A DNA stretch of 59,680 nt, filler included. It is 4 parts of 4 records of this genome, joined end to end, with 100 filler letters (N's around TTAATTAATTAA, not from the genome) between each part and the next. Parts side by side here need not be neighbours in the genome. Positions count along the whole stretch, not along the records: positions 11,452 to 38,657 come from SRR20825019_1840; positions 38,758 to 54,532 come from SRR20825019_1843; 2 more parts are not named here. One strand, written 5' to 3'. Below, one piece after another: positions 37,212 through 46,190 of this stretch. How positions within the stretch are numbered: position 1 is the stretch's first letter; every line of letters starts with the position of its first letter. The notes below the pieces were generated by a model. It made no database searches, was not told where the DNA came from, and was given only the letters and a program-made list of their open reading frames with translations. Position numbers and translations under genes: made by a program.

Positions 37212-38657
37212 ATGATTGAGAATATTCAATCTGGGCAGTGTTTTTTTTCGCTCTCCATGGCGCAACTGGAGGTTTGGCGGGAGCATGTTTTGTTTCCTGG
37301 TACGGCAGTTCATACCGTATCGGCGCGAAGTATTATTACCGGGTCACTCGATCCTGAAAAATTCGGGGCCGCGCTTTTCTCTATCTGGCAGCGGCATCAG
37401 GCGCTGCGGCTGACACCCGTACCGGGCGAGGATGGGGGAGAGCCGATGCAGGTGGAGTGCCCCGCGCCGGACCGGATGTTCGATCTGCATGATGTATCGG
37501 ATAGTTGTAACCCGGAAGGGGCTGCCGAATCTCTTGCCGCCGATCTAGGGCGCCAGGCCATTCCGCTCGACGGTGGGCCGACTTTCCGTTTCAACCTGAT
37601 TCGCTTCGCGCCGGACCGGCATATTTGGGTAATGAGTTACCACCACATCAACATGGATGCCTGGGCGAACGGCATCTTGATGCGGGATGTCGCGGCAGCT
37701 TATTGCGCGTTGGTCAGCGGCCAGCAGCCGGAGCTGCCGGAAGCACCGCAATTCGGGGAGGCTGTCGAAAGCGACCAGGCCTTCCTTGAAAGCAAACGTT
37801 ACGCCAAGGCTGCCGATTACTGGAGCGGGCAATACAGAACCCTGCCCGACCGGCTGGTCGATGCGGTGCCGAGCGTGCTGGAAGGCCGTCCGCCAGAACC
37901 GACTTCGTTGCAGCGGATCGGTGTCGACGCGGCGACAATGACAAAACTGCGTGCTGTGGCTGCCGAAAAGGGCGCGACACCGGCACGGCTCTTCATGGCC
38001 GCCGCGCTGATCCTGTTTCACAAGCTCTCCGGCGCGACCGACATGGTCTTTGGCATGCCGGTGCTGAATCGGCCGACTGCGCGGGACAAGGAAACCTTCG
38101 GCCTGTTCTCGCTGACCACCGCGCCGCGTATCCAGCTCGATCCGGCCGATGATCTGGATGCCCTGCTGGCCGAACTCGACCGCTCCATGCGCGGGGCCAT
38201 GCGGCACCATCGCTATCCGCTCTCCGGCGTCAATCGCACCCTCGGTCTGGCGGTACAGCGGGTGCTGCAACTCTTTGACATCAATATTTCATATGAGCGG
38301 GTCGATTTCGGTGAGCTGCCGTTCGGCAATGCCGTGGCGGGTGTGCCCCGGGTGCTGCTGAACGGTGTCGAGCGCACACCGGTCGAGATCTTCGTTCGGG
38401 AATATGGCGACGGTGAGCGGGTCGAGGTTGACCTCGATCTTTCGCTCGGCGCTTTCAGTGAGGAAGACGCCGCTTTATTGGCCACGCGTTATTTACGTGT
38501 TTTGTCGTGGTTGGCATCTGGCGGTGCAGGTTCGGTTTCGTCTGTTCCGCTGGTTGATGCATCGGAGCGTGCGTGGCTTCTGGACGGCGTGAACGCGACG
38601 GCACGTGATTACGGCGGGTTCGAGCCTGTGCACCGGGCGTTTGAACGTCTGGCGGAG
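37212..38657 (+). CDS. Non-ribosomal peptide synthetase, 5' part: N-terminal (starter-type) condensation domain and beginning of the first A domain; truncated by contig edge
   Basis: LSMAQLEVW (C1), RHQALR (C2), YHHINMDAWA (C3), GMPVLNR, AMRHHRYP, then linker PLVDASERAWLL..VNAT and VHRAFE. Start uncertain (37194-37212). Confidence 0.93.
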
Positions 38658-38757
38658 NNNNNNNNNNNNNNNNNNNNNNNNNNNNNNNNNNNNNNNNNNN
38701 NTTAATTAATTAANNNNNNNNNNNNNNNNNNNNNNNNNNNNNNNNNNNNNNNNNNNN
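38658..38757. other. Artificial contig spacer
   Basis: 44 N + TTAATTAATTAA + 44 N. Confidence 0.98.
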
Positions 38758-39437
38758 AGTCCAGATAGGTCGACATCCTCGGTACAGGGCACAACCAGGA
38801 ATCCGAGGGTGTTGCGCTCACCACCCTGGAGCTTGGGATCCGTTGGGGAGGTGGCGAAGGCCTTGCCTAGGGCATTGGCTCCAACCACGGGGGCGGTATT
38901 GAGATTGCACAGGCCAACGACCTCCGCCTGATAGGGGATGAGGGGGGCCACGGTACCCTGTAGGGTCTTCATCAGCACCTCACCGCTAGATGCCACCACC
39001 TGGCCTTCCCTGAGCAAGCTCTCCATCAATCCCTTAAATCGGTGGAAGGTACGAGGGGGGCGCATATTCTGGGATAGTCGGATGGTCTTTCCCTTTACGG
39101 TCGACATGATGATGAGGAGGTTTCCATCGTGGTATAGGTCCGAGTCGCATAGTGCTAGGAGGCACTGGTGAACAATGTCGGGGCGGATATCAGCCAAACT
39201 GTCGTTTGCAAGCTGTGTGGAGGCTGCCTTCTCATGGGCATCGACAAGGCCATCGCGGCCCAACCACAAACCACACTTCTCCAGGATGACCACAAGCTTA
39301 GGTTTGCTGGGATCGTGGAGGGCACGCTGAACGGGAACGAACTCCTTGCGCTGGAAGTCACGGTGCTGGGGCTGGAACCTACCAGAGCTGGGAGGCATAC
39401 CTCCTTCCCTGGGACGCTTGAATCCTGGCCTATCCAT
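38758..39437 (-). CDS. NEP1: 18S rRNA pseudouridine N1-methyltransferase NEP1/EMG1 (SPOUT), 3' end cut by contig edge
   Basis: LVVILE..L, RPDIVHQCLLAL.DS.L, RPPRTF.RF.GLM.SLL. ATG 39437 follows a T-rich tract. Confidence 0.9.
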
Positions 39438-39564
39438 TATTCTTGTGGGCAAAATAAATGTAAAACCAATAAAAGTAGACATTCAATAAAATCATTTAAA
39501 ATACAATATTTTCAGTGTGATGTGGTACTCATTGTAACTCTCTTTTCTATGTGTATATTGGGAT

Positions 39565-41172
39565 CTAATGGGAGGCACTACTCAGAAGGTCGGCAACCCT
39601 ACGTCGGTATTCCTCTGTAAGACTGCCACCCCGAACCATATCGGCCAACCTCGCAACCATTGCCGACATGCCATCCTCGTCTCGGTCCCGCTTCCCAGCC
39701 GCCCCAGTATTATCTGTAACGACGGGGCATATGGTATCGCGGGCGCCATCGGCTTGGACCTCGAGGAATACCTCTAGGGCGGCTGCGGTTGTCTCCAACG
39801 ATGTGTCATCAAGCTGCACCTGGGCAACCGCCATAAAGTCCTTTAAGGTGGACAGTATGTGGAACCGCAGGGCAGGGTGCTTGTTGAGCACTGCAGGGGA
39901 GCACAGAATGGATAGGAGAGGCATATTACGGGAAGGATCTGATCGAGTGGCTTCATCGCGGAGTAGAGTAGTTACGAATTCGGTGCGGTCACCGGCAACC
40001 AAAGCCCCAGCCAGGACGACTGCTGCATTTGAGCTGAGTGGGGAGCCTATCACGCGAGATAGGGCCAGCAGGATTGAGTCGGTGGCAACAGCAGGGACTG
40101 GCAACGAGAACACACTACCCAGCCGAAGGCGTAGGTTGTGGTCAGATATTTCATCTAGGGCATCAGATAGGTTTTTACGAATCATAGTGGCATCGTCGGC
40201 GCCACTGAAGTGTAGAAGGGATGACCACAACGATGCAGCACGCTCCACACTAAGAGGGTCTGGGCAGCACAGGGACGCAACCATAATAGCCACCAATTCG
40301 TCAGAGGACGATAGGTTGGTCGCAACCCTCAGCGTAGACAACCACCACTTCTGAAACGGGGGTGCATCAGCCGAGCCCTCTTCAACAACAGCAGCGGCAC
40401 AGAAAAAATCGGGAGGGAGGTGGATGCATGCGGTGGTGACGTTTCGTTGGAGATCTGTAGCGGGGTAGAGCACTGAGCTCATGCCTGGGAGCCAGAGCAA
40501 CATGCCCACCACCATGTCTAAGGCACATCCACAGTCGGTGCTTGGAATCTCCCTCATAACACCGCACATAAAACCGAATGCAGCGACAGCATCCACTGGG
40601 GATGATACCCGTCCGAACAGGGCACCCAACCATCCCAGTCGCTGCTCGTCCGATATCTCCTTGAACAGGATGGAGGCCGCTAGCTCTAGCCGTGCCGAGA
40701 CGGTATTGAACAGTTTTCTAGATGCATCATTCTCCGATAGGTGTACACCGTGTAACGAAGTAGAGTAGTAAACATCGAGCATACTACTGCCGCCCAATGA
40801 AAAGGCATGCAGAGGGTGCACCTTGGCCACTGTAAGCGTGTGAGCGATGCAGAAGTGGGCTGTCTGGACCTTGCGGGGATCCTTCCAATCGTGTGAGTTA
40901 CACGAGCGCTCTACATTGCTCAACAAAAACGAAAATAGCTCCCCGAACAGGGGCGAGAGGACAGCAGAGGCCGAGGATGCAAGGGCCAGTATCCCCTTGT
41001 AACCCCTATTCAGGGCAGGAGGGTCCTCTAGACGGCTAGCCATCGACTTGAGGCGGGAAGCCAGTACACCAGCATTACGAACGATAACATCGGGTTCCAA
41101 CGAATCAAAGGCGGCATCATCACCATCTGCACAGCGCATAACCATCGATTCCTGTGAAGGGGCCGACTGCAT
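39565..41172 (-). CDS. Hypothetical alpha-helical protein (~535 aa)
   Basis: Long intronless ORF in the array, Leu/Ala-rich. ATG 41172 chosen because it follows a T-rich tract and AG. Confidence 0.7.
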   Translation of the reverse strand: MQSAPSQESMVMRCADGDDAAFDSLEPDVIVRNAGVLASRLKSMASRLEDPPALNRGYKGILALASSASAVLSPLFGELFSFLLSNVERSCNSHDWKDPRKVQTAHFCIAHTLTVAKVHPLHAFSLGGSSMLDVYYSTSLHGVHLSENDASRKLFNTVSARLELAASILFKEISDEQRLGWLGALFGRVSSPVDAVAAFGFMCGVMREIPSTDCGCALDMVVGMLLWLPGMSSVLYPATDLQRNVTTACIHLPPDFFCAAAVVEEGSADAPPFQKWWLSTLRVATNLSSSDELVAIMVASLCCPDPLSVERAASLWSSLLHFSGADDATMIRKNLSDALDEISDHNLRLRLGSVFSLPVPAVATDSILLALSRVIGSPLSSNAAVVLAGALVAGDRTEFVTTLLRDEATRSDPSRNMPLLSILCSPAVLNKHPALRFHILSTLKDFMAVAQVQLDDTSLETTAAALEVFLEVQADGARDTICPVVTDNTGAAGKRDRDEDGMSAMVARLADMVRGGSLTEEYRRRVADLLSSASH

Positions 41173-41271
41173 GCTTAACCTTGAAAGGAGGAGATTGAAA
41201 ATATTAATTTTCATGGAAGTAATCCAAACGAATATCAAAATGGGGGCATAAAAATTGAAAGTGTACAGTAT

Positions 41272-41841
41272 CTAAGGTTTCTTCGTCAGCTCAAGCCCAC
41301 TAATCACAGAGGGGTTCATACGGACGAAATTGATGAACTCCACCTTGCACAGCTGCCTTGCACCCCTGAATAGCCTCTCGGCCATCTCGGCCGAGCTAAG
41401 CAGTGCGTCCTCCCCTGGCACTGAGAACATGCCAAAGGACTTCTCTAGCCCCTTGAGGATTTGGAGGGCGTCGTTGTAAAAGATGGTGTTGCACCTTCGG
41501 ACGTCGTACATCTTAAAGGCGAAATCAAGCTTCTCGGCGTCAGTCCCCTTCGTCATCGTTGACGTGGCCTTGATGAACTCAAATGTTGAGATGAAGTTGT
41601 CGCCATCGGCATCGAATGCATTTAGAAGCATGTACCGTACCGCTTCGGAGCGTATTCCACACGCCTCGGCCCCAATGAGGAAGTCCTCTGCGGATAATGA
41701 GGGACCACCAACATCACGATAAAATTGATCCCGCAGGTGGTTGATCTCCTTGGGGGTGTAGTGGGTCGTGTAGCTTAGCACCTGGAGGTCATCTGCCGAC
41801 AGGGGCAGGGGGGCGGTGATACTTGTTTGGACGTTACCCAT
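41272..41841 (-). CDS. EF-hand calcium sensor (calcineurin B/NCS-like), possibly N-myristoylated
   Basis: MGN start, T.YT.KEI..L...F, FDADGDNFISTFEF, EKLDFAFKMYD. Confidence 0.85.
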   Translation of the reverse strand: MGNVQTSITAPLPLSADDLQVLSYTTHYTPKEINHLRDQFYRDVGGPSLSAEDFLIGAEACGIRSEAVRYMLLNAFDADGDNFISTFEFIKATSTMTKGTDAEKLDFAFKMYDVRRCNTIFYNDALQILKGLEKSFGMFSVPGEDALLSSAEMAERLFRGARQLCKVEFINFVRMNPSVISGLELTKKP

Positions 41842-41987
41842 TAAGCCTTAAAGTAAAAGAATGAAAACACAGTACGAAATATTGAATCAGTAACAACAAC
41901 ACAACATTAAATTGAAGGGGTTGTCTAACTAGGTACAGTATCTAGTGTAAATGGTGTATATTGCGGCTCTATCTATTTGCCAATTGT

Positions 41988-42716
41988 CTACTCGATGTTT
42001 AAGTCCAGGCAACGTTCAACCACCATTGGGTCAAAGCAGTGAATGGCATCTGTATCTACCGGTGCGGGTATGGGCTTGTGTGTGGGCTCGCGCATCGACT
42101 GAATCAACACCTTCTCACGGAGAGCGTGCAGCTCGGCAAGTGTCTCTGCCCGCTCAGAGTGGTAGGTGTCCTTGAATGACTGCAACTCCCGCATAGTGCT
42201 CTCCAGAAGGCCACGTAGTGCACGGTTACTCTCCTCTAACTCGGAGAGTCGATTATCAACGCCGGGACGAGCGGATATGACCTTTGAAAGTGGGGAGCGC
42301 ATAGCCTTCTCGGATACCACAGACTTGGCAGAATTCTGTCGGCTGAAGGTAGAAGGTGGTCCAACGCGGCGGGTTGATGAACTCACTGTACCCTTTGCAA
42401 AAGATCCCACTGGGCGGGGAGAGGACTGCTGCGCTACCTTGGGGGCAGTGTAGGACATCTTAACGTCATCATCGGTCATTGTGGTGCGAGGAATAGAGCC
42501 CTTCCGTGGGGTGGAGCTGTTAGCACCCCAAGCAGGGCGCTGGGAAACAGGCACGGGGGATCGAGATCGTGCCTGGCGAGGGTTGGTAGCAGGGGTGGAA
42601 CTGATGTGCTGCACGGGAGAGGATGCAGAGGGATCGCGGTGGATTGCTCGGCCCACGACGGTTGGGGCGTCAAGGGTAGGGATGTGAACAGTTGGACGCT
42701 TTAAGACAGTAGACAT
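41988..42716 (-). CDS. Hypothetical protein, S/P/R-rich disordered N-terminus with a C-terminal coiled coil
   Basis: 242-aa ORF in the array. Heptad pattern LSELEESNRALRGLLESTMRELQ. Confidence 0.7.
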   Translation of the reverse strand: MSTVLKRPTVHIPTLDAPTVVGRAIHRDPSASSPVQHISSTPATNPRQARSRSPVPVSQRPAWGANSSTPRKGSIPRTTMTDDDVKMSYTAPKVAQQSSPRPVGSFAKGTVSSSTRRVGPPSTFSRQNSAKSVVSEKAMRSPLSKVISARPGVDNRLSELEESNRALRGLLESTMRELQSFKDTYHSERAETLAELHALREKVLIQSMREPTHKPIPAPVDTDAIHCFDPMVVERCLDLNIE

Positions 42717-42820
42717 GGTAAGACTTTTCGTAAAATAATTTAAATAACCTCATTTACAACATTCCAAACCAACCAACAACGATACTATTACGGTGTGTAC
42801 AATACAAATACAAGCGCACA

Positions 42821-43978
42821 TTAATCTGACGAGACAGGCCCCGAGCGAGCCATGCGCTGCCCCTTGTAAAATAGGACGACAGTACTGATCGCCTCATACC
42901 AGCAGTCCAACTTTTCCCTTTTCTCAGTAGCTAGGACCAATGAGCGTTGGTGTGCGTGAACGCGTAGCAGGTAGAACAATCTGTTGACCTCGCCATCAAA
43001 CTCAGTAACCTGGTCGGTGGTGACAGAAGTAATGCTCTCTAGTTCAATGGCGTCACTGAATATGCTCTTAGCAAGCCGCTCCCGACCCCAAAGCAGCTCG
43101 TAGCGTGTGGTGTCCAGCCACACATAACGGGCCTCCGCACGTGTCCACTTTGCATTCCATTTCAAGAACCAGTCCCCAGTCCGCATAATATTAATAGAGG
43201 ACTTGGGATCTAGTGTAGTCTTGGGCTGGGGGCGGGCAACTTGGGGCACCCCCTGCATCGGGACGAATCGGTCAGCAGTGGTTGCAACCCGATTGCTTCG
43301 ACTGGCAGCAGGACTAACGGGAACCATCTGTCGGCTGGCAGGGTGGTAGGTACTCGGTGTGTGTTCGCCTGATGACTGGGGACGGCTGAATCCAGGGGAA
43401 GTGTTAAGCCCCGTAGCACCGCCGCGAGCTGGAGAAGCTCGCTTGTGTGGAGCCAGCGATGCAGATGCCATTCCGTTCAATGCCATTACATTTTGGAGAG
43501 TTGCAAAATTGCGCTCTATGTTTTCGGTCAATGAGTCAACCTTCTTCTCTTGCAGGGCTTGGTGGAACTGCAGTTGTCGTTGGCTTTCCAGTAGCAATGT
43601 AACCTCGTTCCTTGACACGACGGTTGTGGTGGTGGTGTAGGTTTCGGCCGGTGGGCCGTAGTCAATGACTGAGTTGCTATTACTCTCGTCGAGTCCTGCC
43701 TCGATGTAATTGGGGGATGGGGTACGGTGATGGGCTTCTGGCCCCCTTGGAGGGGACTGGGCTGTCTGAGGGGACTGGGCTATCCTGTGGGACTCAGGGG
43801 ATGCAGGAGGGGAGGCATGTATGTGGGAGGTAGTCTCCTCGAGCTCTACTACATCCTTGCTTCGCTCAGTTACGGGTGGCAATGATCTGGAGTGGGCCAG
43901 CCCTCCGGCCGCAGTCGCACCACGACGACGCCGATTCTCGAGGATACGGGCCAAATTGTCTTGGTGGACAGTGTCCAT
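42821..43978 (-). CDS. Protein with a C-terminal PH-like domain
   Basis: GDWFLKW...RYVWL...LLWG, I.L.SI.SV, L.LATE....DCWYEAI. Confidence 0.75.
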   Translation of the reverse strand: MDTVHQDNLARILENRRRRGATAAGGLAHSRSLPPVTERSKDVVELEETTSHIHASPPASPESHRIAQSPQTAQSPPRGPEAHHRTPSPNYIEAGLDESNSNSVIDYGPPAETYTTTTTVVSRNEVTLLLESQRQLQFHQALQEKKVDSLTENIERNFATLQNVMALNGMASASLAPHKRASPARGGATGLNTSPGFSRPQSSGEHTPSTYHPASRQMVPVSPAASRSNRVATTADRFVPMQGVPQVARPQPKTTLDPKSSINIMRTGDWFLKWNAKWTRAEARYVWLDTTRYELLWGRERLAKSIFSDAIELESITSVTTDQVTEFDGEVNRLFYLLRVHAHQRSLVLATEKREKLDCWYEAISTVVLFYKGQRMARSGPVSSD

Positions 43979-44077
43979 ATAACTTGAGAAAAATGGAGCA
44001 AAAATAGAAGTTCCAAGCCAGACGCATTCAAATCAAAACAGGCATGGAATCATTAAAATAGAAATACTACAATGTTA

Positions 44078-46090
44078 CTAGATCTTAGCGTCCAGGCCGT
44101 GTAAGAGATCTTCATCCTCTACAATATTGTTGGTAGCAGCGGCCTGCACATCTGTCGCGTGGCTGACGAAGGAGGAGGTGCCAGGGATGGTGTAGTGCTG
44201 CTCCATTTGGTAACCAATGGGGGAAAGGAACTCCTTGGGGACCTGGAGAGAATCCACCAGGCTGAAACACTGGCTGGCAATGGCAGTGGAAAGGTGATCG
44301 TGCTGATCGTGGACCAGTTTCATGTGCCTTTGGGTTATGAGCCCGTTCCGTACCAGTAGGGGCAGACTGTTCTCCATCTGGGCCAAGGAGTAGGCCCTGT
44401 TGAGATCCCGAAGTACCTTCCTACCCCTGATATCAAGGCACCTAGTAGTCTCATCCATCATCGACTCGATAAGGTATAGATCCACAAAAGAGCTACCGCA
44501 CTCCTGGAGCTCACGGTGCTTGATAGTGTTCCAATCATACCACATGTGATCAGCGCCCTTTCGCTCCTCCTGATCACGGCTTCGCTTCAACATGCGCCTC
44601 ACATCAAGGTGCCTATGACCGTGGAATATCAGGTGCCGTGCCATCTCGCTGCTTCGAGGTGTAAAGAAGGGGTTCCTCAGCAGCCTAGTGAATACATTCA
44701 TAGCGCCCAGGGCACTAGTAGCATGGAGTCCACCGTGGCTAGCGCCAATCCCCTTCAGGACACACTCGGTGGCAATGTCCCTCAATCTAACTGTAGGATC
44801 ACACTCCACGCTAGACCAGGCAAGGTATGATGCTGCCTCTGCCGCACCAGAGCTGGTGAAGGAGGTATGAGGGCCTAGGATATCGTTCATCATAGCGTGA
44901 ATATCTCGAACAAGTCGGCGGATGCTGTAAACTGTTGATTGGAACTGCAACATCTCTTCTGCGGTGGGTATGTGCTGGGGGTCGCACATCCACACTTGGC
45001 ACCGGTGCCATCCGCTTGTACACATGTACATTCCGGACACCAAATCCACAACCTTAGTTTGAATGTGTTGGAGACCAAATAAGAAATGGTCCCGACCCCC
45101 TGTGGGGCCTACTACCTTCCTTCGTGATGTAAAGGCTACCAGCTCCGTTAGTAGCCGCTTTGCCAGCCCCAGCCCAATAGCCCCCTCCGCCAATTGGCGT
45201 GTGGTCATCAAGTCGGCAAGTGGAGAGAACTTACCTCCTCCCTCGACGGTACCCTCGTCAGTGATGGTGTAGGGGAGTAGGAGGTTGTCACGGCTGACGG
45301 TGTGCTCTTGGAAATGCACAATTCCGAGGTCCAGCCCGGTGTGGGCAGTTGCCTCGTCTAGGGGGTGGATAGTAATGCCAGGAAGGCACTTACCAGACTT
45401 ATCTCTCAACTGGACGACAAACACCTTAGGGCCCATTGACACAGGCTTATTTCCAGAGGTGAGCAAATCAGCTGCAACGAGGGCATAATCTGCGGAGCCC
45501 GAAGCCACAACGGCAAACTTCCCCTGACCCCTGAAGGTAACCGTCTTGGATGTGACACTGTACTGGGCCTCTGTTTTAAACGGGGAGGTGTCAGCCGATA
45601 GGTCCCTCCATGCAAGGGTGCCCACTGTACGGAACCAATCCACCTCGTCCAGAATGTGCCTCCTCGAGTCGCTACGACCAAACTTAGCTACCGTCGTCGC
45701 GAATGCAAAGTGCTCAGCTGCTGTTATTGCTAGGTTTGTGTCGTATGTTGCCAACACCTCATAGAAGGACAAGAAGTGCGATGGAGTGGATACGATCTCA
45801 GCAAAGCTAATCACGTTGTGAGAGGTTAAAAGTCGTAGCTGCTGCATCACCTGGTGGGGCTTCAGCGATCTGTTTTTGGTACCAAGTCCTGATGCACGCT
45901 GACTACACAGCTCCTTGAGCTTATTGCGGATATCCTCCTTGAAATCGACATCATTTCCTTCTGAGAAGTACTTCATAGTTGGTGCATCAAATGTAGCCTC
46001 CACACGATACTCATTGGGGTTGGACATGCAGTGGCGAAGGGGGCCCCCCTGCACCGCCATCACACATGCCGATGACACCAACCTCTTCAT
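44078..46090 (-). CDS. Divergent acyl-CoA dehydrogenase/oxidase-fold protein with a mitochondrial-like presequence
   Basis: MKRLVSS start, EVLATYD.NL....EHF.F......FG, GPKVFVVQLRD..G..LPGI, G.D.G.V.F....V.RDNLL, R...G, LF.LQ..Q. Confidence 0.72.
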   Translation of the reverse strand: MKRLVSSACVMAVQGGPLRHCMSNPNEYRVEATFDAPTMKYFSEGNDVDFKEDIRNKLKELCSQRASGLGTKNRSLKPHQVMQQLRLLTSHNVISFAEIVSTPSHFLSFYEVLATYDTNLAITAAEHFAFATTVAKFGRSDSRRHILDEVDWFRTVGTLAWRDLSADTSPFKTEAQYSVTSKTVTFRGQGKFAVVASGSADYALVAADLLTSGNKPVSMGPKVFVVQLRDKSGKCLPGITIHPLDEATAHTGLDLGIVHFQEHTVSRDNLLLPYTITDEGTVEGGGKFSPLADLMTTRQLAEGAIGLGLAKRLLTELVAFTSRRKVVGPTGGRDHFLFGLQHIQTKVVDLVSGMYMCTSGWHRCQVWMCDPQHIPTAEEMLQFQSTVYSIRRLVRDIHAMMNDILGPHTSFTSSGAAEAASYLAWSSVECDPTVRLRDIATECVLKGIGASHGGLHATSALGAMNVFTRLLRNPFFTPRSSEMARHLIFHGHRHLDVRRMLKRSRDQEERKGADHMWYDWNTIKHRELQECGSSFVDLYLIESMMDETTRCLDIRGRKVLRDLNRAYSLAQMENSLPLLVRNGLITQRHMKLVHDQHDHLSTAIASQCFSLVDSLQVPKEFLSPIGYQMEQHYTIPGTSSFVSHATDVQAAATNNIVEDEDLLHGLDAKI

Positions 46091-46190
46091 TATCTAAGAA
46101 TGGAAATGTGTAACAAGTGGGATATACAACAACAATTTTAGCACATCAAAGTTAAAGGGGGATTAATATTTGACTTAGGCACAATTATTC

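Noticed and set aside
11452-38657. Bacteria-to-eukaryote horizontal transfer or endosymbiont insertion
   Set aside because: The block is bounded by artificial spacers, cut mid-gene at both ends, and has intact operons, RBSs and terminators.
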